Shown piece after piece: positions 51,389 through 62,165 of a DNA stretch of 64,000 nt. Position numbers and translations under genes: made by a program. Source of the stretch: Azolla caroliniana. Lineage: Eukaryota; Plantae; Polypodiophyta. Location: contig JBHGNT010000021.1 in assembly GCA_043228905.1 (NCBI GenBank), positions 11,904,001 to 11,968,000 of the forward strand. The letters run 5' to 3'. The notes under the pieces were generated by a model. It had not been told where the DNA came from, did not search any database, and saw only the letters and a program-made list of their open reading frames with translations. Every line of letters begins with the position of its first letter. Positions within the stretch are counted from its first letter, which is position 1.

Positions 51389-53345
51389 TTAATGGGGATT
51401 TGGGGATCCAAGATATTTAGTTTTGACTAGATAAGAATAGAGTGATTTTGAGTTGGTCCAACATATAAAAGGCTTAGGGATGTCTTTTAGTTGGGGATCT
51501 AGCCTAAGGTCAACATGTAGGTCTTGTAAAAACGAGTGGATGCCTAATTTAGGGGAGTTTTTCGAGTACCTAAGCTTGAATATGGTAGGTGTAAGGGAAG
51601 ATTTGATTTTATGCTTATGGATGAGAGTACTCCTAAGGGAGAAAGGATGTTTTTTAAAAGCCTTAAGGATGAAATGGGGCGGGTAACCTCGACCAATGAG
51701 TCTAAGGAAGAAACGCTTTTTCATTTCTAAGTACCCTATAGGTGTGCTTTCTCTAACTAGGTAGCGTTTTAATTCATTTGAAATAAAATTTTGTTTAACG
51801 TGTATGGGATGGACTGAAGAGAAGGGAAGATATTGATAGGAATTTAATGGTTTTTGGAAACAATTGAAAGAGAACTTAGAGTTCTCTAGATTAATCCAAA
51901 TATCCAAGAAAGGGAACCTAGTGGGGGACGTATGGATTGTAAGTTTAATGGAGTTATTGGTCATACGACTATAGAAACCAAGGTATTCTAAGAGTTGGGG
52001 TTTCATACAAGTCCAAACCCCAAAGGCATCATCTATGTACATAGTAAAATAGAAGAGATGGGGTGTGGTTTGTGAGTTTTCTAAGTGTGATAAGAAAAGG
52101 CATGCATAGACAACTGAGAAGTTGCTGCCCATGGTTTGTTCCTTTGATTTCTTGGTATACTTGATTATCGAAGGTCAGGTAGTGATACTCTAGGGTTAAA
52201 GTGCTAAGGGTATAGATAAGATTAGTCTTGGCTAAGGAAAAATGGGGGGAGATGATATGGCAAAGTGCTTTGAGTCCTAATTTAGGGGGGATGCTAGGAT
52301 AAAGGGATTCTACATCAAAAGAGAAAATGAAACTATTAGGAGGGGGGGTTAGTTGTTCTAATTTTTGGATGAGGGAGTGTGAGTCTTTTAGGTATTGTTT
52401 TTGGAGCACTAGGATGGGTAAAAGTTGAAAATGTAGCCATTTCGAGGTTTGCTCGAATATCGAGTTATTATAAGAACAGATGGGTCTAAATCCAATGGGT
52501 GTTTTATGGAGTTTAAGAAGGAAGTAAATATTAGATACTTGATATCCCTTTAGGGGTTTATGGAGTATGTAATTAGCTTCTATAAAGGAAAGTGTTCCTA
52601 GATTTTTTTGTACTATACTATTAAGGCAGTATCAAAGCTCTTCTAACGGAAAATGGGTTACTTTTCTATAGGTGGTGGTATCTGAGAGGTGGTTTATAGC
52701 TTTTTCATAGTAGGTATCTTTGTCTAGAACACATACTCCCATGTTCTTATCCGCCGGAAGAATGATAATCTGGTTGTTATTCGTAAGGCTCTTAAGGGTT
52801 GTGTGAAGGTGGAGTGGTGTCCTAACATGTTTGGGTTTAGGTTGTTGGAGTATAGACAAAAGGAGGTTTTCATGTTTTTTAATAATATTTTCAATAGGGG
52901 GATATTGAGATGGTGGATTCCAATTAGGATTTGGTAGTTTAAATGGGTTAAGGGGTGTTGAGTCCAGGTCTCTAAAGAAATGTTTTAAACGTAAGGATCT
53001 ACTTAAACTAGAAAATTCTTTAAGGATAGTATTAGTGGAAGGTAGAGAGGATGGTGGACTGTATTTGAGACCTAAGCTTAGCAATTATAAATTGTGAATT
53101 TTACTTTCTATTCGAAGGGTATCATTAAGCGGTTTCCAAATTTTTTTACATAGTCTATTACTATTGGATCTTTTCTGGCGTGGGCGGAAGGGGAAAGTTG
53201 TATTTGTTTTACCTAGCCACATAAAAGTGTCTGGGGTGGAGGTGGTCCTATTAAGAAGATAAAATAGGCACCTATAAGGATGCACGACGTGTCTAAAGTG
53301 TTTGTTAACACGCTTAGCACGCCGTGCTAGTTGTTTTTTGGTCGG
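51389..53345 (-). pseudogene. Penelope-type reverse transcriptase, broken by stops and frameshifts
   Basis: IHNL*LLSLGLKY, IIILPADKNMGVCVLD, LLKLHKTPIGFRPI, LKDSHSLI, FSFDVESLYPSIP, KGT/MGSNFSVVYACLF, YIDDAFGVW, PFLDI, QKP..SYQYLPFSSVHP, LIGRGYP. This motif order is typical of PLE RTs. Confidence 0.9.
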
Positions 53346-56300
53346 CTAGAGGGTGGGTTCCTATGGTGTGTGGTAGAGGGAGGATTAGTAGGGTATGGTG
53401 TATTTCTATAATGTTTATGATTAGGATAGGAGGGAGGGGTGGTGTGGTGGGTGAAAAGGGGTTTTATATTAGAGAGGGGATAATAAGAAGGGGGTTTAGT
53501 AAGATACGAGGGAGGGGTAGAGTATGACTTAGAGGAGTGGGGTTCAACAAATGGGGTAGAAAAAGGTGGGGGGGCTGAATGAAAATTAGAAAAAGGAGGG
53601 GGAAGGGCAGTATGTGAATTAGGGGCAAACTAAAGGGGGGCATGAGTTAGATTATTGGGAAGTAATGTAGGGGCATGGGGGAGATATGGATATAAGTGAG
53701 AGGGAGAGGTGAGGGGAGGAGACATTTGTTCATACAAGTTGCCTCCATATGAAGAGAAAGGGGGATGTGAGGAGCGGACAGAGAAAGGGAAGAAATTAGG
53801 GTTCTGAAAACATGAGAGGTGAGGCTGTTGTGAGGATGGATGAGGGGTTGGAAGGAGGGGAGGCATGAATTTCTGTCGGCTGCCTTGTGTAGTCCCGAAC
53901 AACGTGCCATGTAGGGAGGGGGAAGGGTGCATGAGATGGCTGTCAAACACAATCCCATACTCGTTTACAATAGGGGGGGGGGGGGACTGATTAAAGAGGC
54001 CGCAATCAATTTCGGTATGTTGTTGAGTATTATGGGGTGGCTGATGTTTCTGTGATTTCCAACTATCATAGGGAGTACCATGCGTATGGTGAAGGAGCGG
54101 TGGCGGCGGCGGCGGGAAGTTCTGTTGGCAGCTTTGATCCGTTTTCGAGTGTCGAAATTGTTGCCTTGATATGTGTGGCTGATGATAGTAAAGTGGATGA
54201 GGCTCAGGGGTGGTGTTGGGAGCCGGAGGACTTGTATGAGCGAGGAGAAGACAGGGGCTTGTCGTTGTTGCGAATGCTTGTGGTGGGTGGTGGTGTTGAA
54301 GCACAGTGCGCTTGCCAATGGTGTGTGTGCTGTCCTTATCGGACTCAGGCCTTTCCTTGTCCAGGCATCTGCGCCCTCTTGCTGCGCATGTGCGAGGGAT
54401 GCGCCTTATCCATAGCCTGTATTGCGGCCGGCGTGGAGGTGTACATATACTTTGTATATGGGACCTCGCCTGACGCTAGCCGGGATCCCTTCTCCACCGA
54501 TCTGTAGTTCGTGATCTGTAAGCCTCACCTATGTCTTGGAGACACGGTCGGGAGCCGCCAAGGGAGGGCGGGCAGTTTTCGGCGGGCGGAGTCCAGTAGG
54601 CCCCTTTCTCGACATGCTATGAGGCTCTAGGGGAGGAAATTATCCCATAGAGTGAGTCGAGCCCGTCTCGCCACGGAGCAACAACAGCGTCCGGATAATC
54701 TATCTATCCGGCAATTCATCCGGTGGCTTCGCGGTCGCCAAGGAAGCCCCGGGAAGCATCGAACATCTCCAAGGAAATCCATGGAGCAATCTTTATATAG
54801 CAAGCACTGGCTCCCAGTGCGACTTCATGAAAGACGGTCAGGAATAAAATGAAAAAGAATGAAACGCACGTGATGGTTACTATAGCGGTTCCTTTCGACC
54901 CTGGAAAACGACCAGAAGCACCTGCTACAAAGCTACCAGGCAAGGACAACGATACTATTGGTAAATACGTACTCAATGAATCCTTTCTTTCTTGTTTTTG
55001 GTATTCATGGCAGTTTGTCCAGAATGGAAACGCAAAGCGTTTTTTCTTTTACAGAATGCGCACTTATATACAAAATTCTTTCACGTTGAACCGATAACTC
55101 GACCCTGCCGGTTACTAGAAATACTACCGCATCCCGCCAAAGGCCCGGAAACCCGCAAAGCTCCTAAGCCCGTAAAGGCGGCATTAGGTAAAGGGAGTTC
55201 GCGCTAGTTGGTATCAAGTCCCGGTCCGCAGGGTAGCCTTAAGGGCAAGGGCGGGAATGGTTTCCTTTGGTTCCCCGCGCGCGATTGATTGATTGATTGT
55301 TGGATCCTCTTATATTGCTAATGGTGGTATCCCGAATGAATTCGGAACAAAACATATCGTCAGAAACTACCTTGCGACCTGGTTCCTGACTACGACAAGT
55401 CCTGGATATTAGTAAATGATGACCAACTTCTTTTTTTCTAACAATAAGAAATTGGCGGACTAGTAACTAGTCTTGGCCAACAACCTAGCACGCACGATGA
55501 AAGCCCGCGGAGAACAATTTTTTAGTAATAGAAACAGCAGTGGCTATTTTGACTCACGTAGCTCAAAGGATAGAGCATTCCTATGTACCACCCGGGTTGG
55601 CGGGAAACTAGCCGGTTCGAGTCCGGTCGTGGGCTGGTGGGAGGAACAAGCAAGAATGGTTCAATACGGCGTCTAACAGGCAAATCAAGAATTTCACTTC
55701 GAATCCTGGACTTTAGCACCTTGCTGGTTATGGTGTTTCATGATCAGTATCGGAAACGAATGGAGAAGCGGTAGAACGTGCGGAACCGCATATTGGATTA
55801 TTCTAGTGCGGCATGAAGCTGCTGGCGCCGAGTTGGCCAGATGAAAGCCGTTAGCGATGCTCCGCTTTTTCCCTGGCACGGGCGGCGCGCGAAGGCAACT
55901 TCCGCGTCGTAAGCACCGAGTTCGGTTTGTCGAGCAACTCAAGTGAGGCGAACCTAAAAAGGGAAGGAAGGGAGAAGGTCGTAAAGGTGGCCTCGTTATC
56001 TGTATCAGAGGTCAGAATAAATGAGTGCGGGAGAACCTGCCGTCCTCTACTTCCGATTTTGGTTATCTCACGAGCGAGCCAACGGTTCCCCGGGGGTTCT
56101 CGGAAACAAGAACGCGTTGGCGGGTCCTGGAGTGCCCGTCAAGAGCGCACGCGCATACCCCGCGGGGTAACTATTACGACCAGCACCCTCCGCATTTCGG
56201 CACAGTGGAACGTGTAACCGGCCCGAGGTTTCGTTTCAACTTACACTTGTTTCATGTTGGGATGGGTAGACCAACTGCCTGCCCGCAAGGGACAAACTAA

Positions 56301-59169
56301 ATCCTCAGGTCGGGTGGGATGGCACTACTGGCAAATACTGTCTGGCAAAGACGCAGGCGCGAAGCGTGGTAGGCCCGCTAGCGTTTTTTTTGCTTGCCGA
56401 AAGCATACAAGAAAAGCCGGGACGGGAACCGATGATTCATTGTTGGCAAAATGTGGGTTGTCGAAGAGAACTTGAGGCCCACCAAGGTTGGGATAAGGTG
56501 TTACCCGTTCCTTTGGGTGAACACCTTCGATAGATCTGCGTCTATCGGTCTTCAAGGGCGTGGTACGTGAAGGCTCGTAACAGAGGCGTCGAGAGAGATA
56601 CAGGGCTCAGAGAGAAAACACTAGTGAGGTCTTGATAGATGTGGCGGCATGAAACTCATAGGTATGGATCAAAGCACAGACTCATGCAGCAAAAATAGGC
56701 ACAAATCAGATATATTACTATGATAGAAAAGATTACAGAACACGGCCTATGGCCGGTGACCTTATGAGTTTATCTAATTACGAATGACTAAGCTAGTGCT
56801 TCCGCCTATAGTTTTCTTCTCCCTCCTCTGAGGTACTAGTCCTCGTTTAAATAACTTTTCCCCTAATACACAACCGAGCCGTCGGTGGCCCGTGATACTC
56901 GGACTCGGCGTTTGCTAATTTCCTAATTTTACATTTCTGTCTTCTGGACAACATAAGGTTTAAATGCTTGTTTGACTTCATTAGTTGCAGTGTTACAAGT
57001 GAAAAGGATGTTAGATGCTCGATGACGAGGACGTTGCGCTTGTTTGGAGTTACTATTGGAGCGGTGGTTTGGGTTAGGGTGAGAGTTAGGAAAAGGATTA
57101 GTAGTATTTTTGCCATAAGACCTATTTCTTACATAAATTGAAGTTTGAATTTTATCTCTGTCTCTCTCTCCTCCTCCTCCATTATTCTCTTTTGAACTAT
57201 TCTTTAGATACCATACTATTTAACCTAATTATTCAATCGCCGAAGGTTATTTGCTCACACTCCTTGCTTAGGCCATAAGGCCAACAACTACTCGAAATCA
57301 GAAGAATGTACACCCAAGCTGAAAACAACCCCCACAAAAGTAACGGGGTGGGGAGTCGTGACCCGCACTAGTGTTTGTGGAAAAGTGATGGAGCGACTGC
57401 ACTAATCCACCGTTGAATTGTGTTTTTCCAACCAGGAGAGCCCTAAAACAATCAGATGTCGAGGGGTTGCAATAAGGTAGAGTGTTAATACCTCCTGGTG
57501 GAACCTGACATGAAGTACCAACGAGACAGTGGCTTCGGTAACTGCCCCCAAAGAGAGAAGTTGTCTATCGATAGCTTCAATGGATATGGGTTGTGTTGTG
57601 TGGATGGTAGGGATTTTATGTGTTCAGACGAACGCGATATCAATGAAACAAGTAGATGCACCAAAATCGAGCAAGGCATGGGATTGTATTGAAGTAGATT
57701 CAAAACAAAGACTTACTTGCAAAGTAAAACGTCCTACTGACGTGGCTGAATTGTAGGAGCACGGAGAAGTAGGGTAACAGAAAGTGTCCAGTGGCATGGC
57801 TCCTACTGTAGCCAAACTTGGTCTTTTTCCTATTGTCAAGAAACCTCTACAAGACGTGCATAGTGGGATTGATGACGAGGGCCGCCACATGGCCGGAGGT
57901 ACCGCAATAGAGGCAGAGACCATTGTCACGTCGATGTTGTCGTTGGGCATCGATTAATGGTTGGAACTGAGCATGGTCGACCTCCATCGGGGTATGAGTA
58001 TCATTGGAGGATGGCAACCGTGGCATGCCTAGCGAAACCGATGTATATGGCCTTGTGAGTGGAGAATTGTAGGAGGAAAACGGGAACCTCGAGTCCCCCA
58101 TTCCTCCTGTCGTAGCTCAAAAAGAAGATTATCACATTGAATGGCTTGGGAGATTATCTAAGACAACGATGTGGGCTCCGGAAAGTTTAAGAAAAGAGTC
58201 TTGACATCGTTTTGGAGGCCTCGATGAAACTGGTTGCATAAGGCTTGGGCACCCCAGTTGACATCACACGCGATTTGACGAAACTTTGAAGCATAGACCG
58301 AAGTTGGATGAGAGCCTTGTTGTAAGGAATAGAGCTTCGTGAGTGCTGTTCGTCACCGGTCTGTCTCTCCAAATGTGGCTTCAAGCTCCGCAAGGAAGGC
58401 AGGAAAGCTATCTGAGAGTGGGGATGAGGTCTCGATCAATGGTGCAAACCACGCCTGTGCTGGCCTAGAGAGAAGGGTGCCAATGAGGTCAACCCAAGAG
58501 AAATCTCTAACATAATGTTGGGGTTGTAAGCGGACGATAAGCCAAATTTGATTGATGAAGCCGCGAAGATGTGCTCTCAAGCCATTGAATTTGTCAGGTA
58601 GGCTGACACTAGCTTCGAGGACATATGAATGGGAAGAGGAAGGGGTTGGGCTAGGTGCTGATGGAGGGTGAGGCTCGACGAGTGGGGGGTTGGATGTGCC
58701 ATTTTGAAGCATTTGTAATAATTGACGAAGGCTTTCATTTTCTAGTTGAATTTGTTCCAAGACTGTCATTACTTGGTTTAAGTTGTTGACCGAGTCGGAC
58801 ATGGTAACAAGAAGAGGAAGGTGAACAAACTGTCACGGACGAGTAGACGAGGCTAAATACTAAGAGAGAGAGAGAGAGAGAGAGCATAGACAAGAGAGCA
58901 AGAAAGAGAGAGCGAGAGAAAATAGACAAGAGGGCGAGAACTGAATTATGCTTCCGTAACTGGTGTTGTTCACCTTGATTGTAATCAAGGTGCACCCGAG
59001 TATTTATACAAGAATGCATGTAAGCTAGGAAACATCTAGAGAGTGCATGGAAACTTCTATTGATTAACCGACAATGTAATAAGTTGAATCTTATAAAATA
59101 CAATAGTGCATAGATGGATGTAGCTCAACTAGTAAGATTGTCAAATAAGACCAGGAGATCATGGGTTCA

Positions 59170-60199
59170 GACCACTGAGGCAGATCTGGACCATCTCGTC
59201 TTTGTCCACCGTCACGTTGATGGAACCGAGCGCATCACCGATTTCCTTTATCTTGGTGGTGTAGCTGGTAATCAACATATCCCTTTGCCGGATGTCGTTG
59301 AGCTCTTGCCGAACCTGCAACTTTCGGACCGTTGTGCTTGCTGCGAAAATCTTCTTCGGATTCTCCCAAGCTTCTTTCGGCATTTTTGCATCCTTGATGT
59401 AGCCGAGCATTTGATTGTGCACACAGGATGCGAGGCAGTACAACACTCTGCTCACTCCTTTTCCCATGACGGGAAGTCCTTGTGTGCTGGCTCTGGCGCT
59501 ACTTCATTTGCTCCCTCGACGTAGCTCCTGTAACCGTGTCCGAGCAGGTACTGGTGCATCTTGTAAGACCAAGATGCATAATTGCTTCTGTCAAGCTTGT
59601 CCGTCGGAAGCGAGCTTGCCATCCCTCTGTCCATTCTTTCTTTTTTAGTCTGTTCTTTTTTGGAAGTTAGGGTTCGTTTACGAAAATCGCTTGTCGGCAG
59701 TAGAGGTTCTCAACCCTCGCACTCTGATACCATGTGAATTACGTGCGGAAGCTTGTAGATGAAACCGGCTTCTCCGAATACCAATAGAAAATATACACGG
59801 GTTTAATGGAAATCTTAAATCTCATAGAGAGTACACAAGAGAAATTGAGAGAGCAAAACAGTAAAACTCAATTTCAAAATAACAACACTATGTACATACA
59901 ATGTCCTACATAACACTTTTTATATAAGTCCTTAAAAGGACAGACAAAAGTATTGACATGTACTTAAATGCTCATACGAGTGACTGACACAGACTCCCAT
60001 ATGCCTAAGTACTAGGGTAGATTCGTAGGCCTCTAATGGCCTACCGGTTCATACTGATCCGGATTACAGTCTGGCTCTCCGATGCGGCTCCTGGTTCCGA
60101 ATACCGATCCGGACACCGATCCAGTTCTTTGATCCAAACTCCGATCCGGCTTTGGCTTATTCAGCCCATCCAGATCCGGTTGAGCTTGTCCGCTCAACA
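59170..60199 (-). mobile_element. Ty1/copia 5' end: LTR 60199-59733, tRNA-iMet PBS and gag
   Basis: CTCTGATACCA at 59722-59732 abuts TG...CA LTR. gag KLDRSNYASWSYKM, KEAWEN, LQVRQELNDIRQ, MVQICLSGL. Confidence 0.88.
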
Positions 60200-60770
60200 A
60201 TAATCATGGAACTTTGGGATCACCTCATTGCCTTCCTTCGTGGGTCATCCGAAGATATTCAAGGTGAAAAAGACTCAACATCCAGGGCACAATCAACCTT
60301 CATTTTGAAATGGAGTGGAATGCTGATGTTGCGATTGCAAAGTGGTGATATACAATGGTGCTATCTCCCGCCGAAATGGCTCTTCTCGGCAAGGACTCCG
60401 CCCATGTGACATCCCCCTACCATCCCTGGATTGTAGAAGGATCCCTCTAGGCTTCCCGTTTTTAGAGTTGATTGAAGCCGTGGAGCTCTATTTGAGGCCT
60501 GTCCCTTGTACATATGATACCTCATGTATTTCTTTGTGACTAATGTCCTTCATAATCAAACGCTTTGGACAATTTCAAACGCTTTGGACAAGAGGACTTA
60601 GGGAGCGATGGGATCACCAAAAAGTAATCTTCGAAAGGTATCTAACCCTCTCTTCTTCTTCTTGTTGGTCGAGACTCAAAACACACGATTCGATACTTAA
60701 TCATTTAGAAGAAACTTCCGCAACACGTTCACTTTATTTTTTGACTTCTTTGATTACACGTCATTTTCTT

Positions 60771-61436
60771 TCCAATCTCTGCAGAAGCTAATGCTCTCTC
60801 TTTCAGGACATATCTATGATCCCAAAGAAGGCGCAATATGTATATGCGATAAATCAAATGTTCAATGTTGGGTCGAGTGTACGAAGGTAGTAAGCACTAA
60901 GGCCCCTATTTTGAAGAGCTTCGAGAAAAAGCAGTGGGCTTCTAAATAGTGAGGAGGTGTCCAATCTCAACACACGAGCGGTTGTGTGCGTGAAGATGAA
61001 AGAACTTCTGGAGAAATGTGCTGGAAAGACAAGCAAATCCTTGCTGGTAAGTCGTAGAGAAATTGTAACTCTAGCCACTTTTTCCCATAATTGTTTGCTT
61101 TTCTTAGTAATAATATGTATGGTTCCTCCATATCAATGTCAGTCTCTTATATTGGAGCCTTTCATATGCATAAGAAATGAAGGAAGCATAAAGTTTGGGA
61201 GGAAAATGCAAGTCTTAAGCTAAGCGTCCTCGAGATTGCCATTTAGGTGTGAAGAAAGCATCCTTGACTCTTGGAAAACATTCACTAGGATTATGGAGCT
61301 ACGTTTACTTGCTGATCGTGGATGGTTTGTTTCATGATCCAGTGTTGGGTTAATTTATTCTCAGGAAATTGGCTTGGAGAGTAACAATTAAGGTTTATCA
61401 GTTACTATTCCTTGATTTGGCAAGAGATGATGTTTG
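60771..61436 (+). pseudogene. Degenerate inverted duplicate of PUB gene exon 1 and the start of intron 1
   Basis: VCVKMKELLEKCAGKTSKSLL|GTAAG matches 10830-10890. Similarity continues through the intron to GATGATGTTTG (rev-comp of ~10480). Frameshifts and no start codon. Confidence 0.9.
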
Positions 61437-62165
61437 TGTTGGAGGGTGGCAGCTCCAGCCCTGCACTCTCTTTCATATTTATTATCTTTGTACTACATTC
61501 TCTCTTTTCTCAGATTCTTCTCTCTCTAGAATCTGCAACTCTTTAAATGACTTCTCTCTCTAGAACCTGCAATGCTTTAAATGCCTTTTCTCTCTTCTAC
61601 CTTTTCCAAGATATTCCCTTTTATTCCTAGTTTTTTGTACCTGTTTGGTAGTACAAGAGTCACTTAACTACCAAACAACCATTTCACCCACATTCCCCAA
61701 TTTTGTATAAATAGGCTATACCAGCCTCTTTTGTATAAGTTTTCATTTTCTTTTTTGCTACTTAAAACAAGCTCTATTCCTTGGCTGTGTCTCTACTCTT
61801 TGCAACCATTTTTTCTACTGCTGTCTAACAGCCTTCTCACAGCTTGGTTGTGCCTATTTTGTTTTAAGTCTTCCGCTGCTGCTATTAACAGCTTTTCTCA
61901 CATGGTATCAGAGCAGTGAGGTCTCCATATCCTCAGCCTGATTTTTTTTGCCAAAGAGCACACAGACCTATCTTCTTTTATCCCTCCCTCCCAACCCTAC
62001 AGAGGAGGCTCTTCTGTTTTCTTTTCCCCTTATCTGAGCCTCACCTAGCATCTAGGGAGAAGTAGAAAGACCCCGAGTATCTACTTACAACTGCTGTAAA
62101 TTGTCCAGCTGTAGCTCAAGAGGAGGATATCCATGGCCTCACATGCCACCATTGTTTCATCAATG
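61437..62165 (+). mobile_element. LTR (61437-61902), tRNA-iMet PBS and leader of an LTR retrotransposon
   Basis: TGTTGG...CTCACA followed immediately by TGGTATCAGAGC (61903-61914). TATAAATA at ~61706. LTR starts exactly where PUB similarity stops. Confidence 0.8.

Larger units (their letters stand above)
50617..57293 (-). mobile_element. Penelope-like retroelement (PLE) with inverted terminal repeats and a ~20-bp TSD, inserted between gypsy protease and RT
   Basis: 50617-50841 is the reverse complement of 57109-57293, apart from (GA)n length. TSD GAAATTAGAAGAATGTACAC (50595-50614) vs GAAATCAGAAGAATGTACAC (57294-57313). Internal PLE-type RT and hammerhead motif. Confidence 0.88.
46922..59169 (-). 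mobile_element. Decayed Tcn1/Tf1-like Ty3/gypsy element with two partly truncated LTRs (59169-58831 and 47257-46922), gag, protease, RT, RNase H and integrase; carries two nested insertions
   Basis: gag LPDKFNG..LRGFINQ (58802 start), PTPMEVD-like and GLCLYCG motifs, [71 protein letters not shown] precedes TGTCATG at 47257. The two LTRs are alignable. Confidence 0.92.

Noticed and set aside
54179-54210. CTGATGA on the plus strand as a second hammerhead
   Set aside because: No stem II or GAAA box follows.
57065-57095. TTAGGG-like motifs near the PLE end as telomeric repeats
   Set aside because: Isolated and not tandem TTTAGGG. The element ends are defined by a TSD, not by telomeric tracts.
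56847-57116. 89-aa ORF with a signal-peptide-like start (MAKILLILFLTL)
   Set aside because: The ATG comes from the inverted repeat junction, and no homology was recognised.
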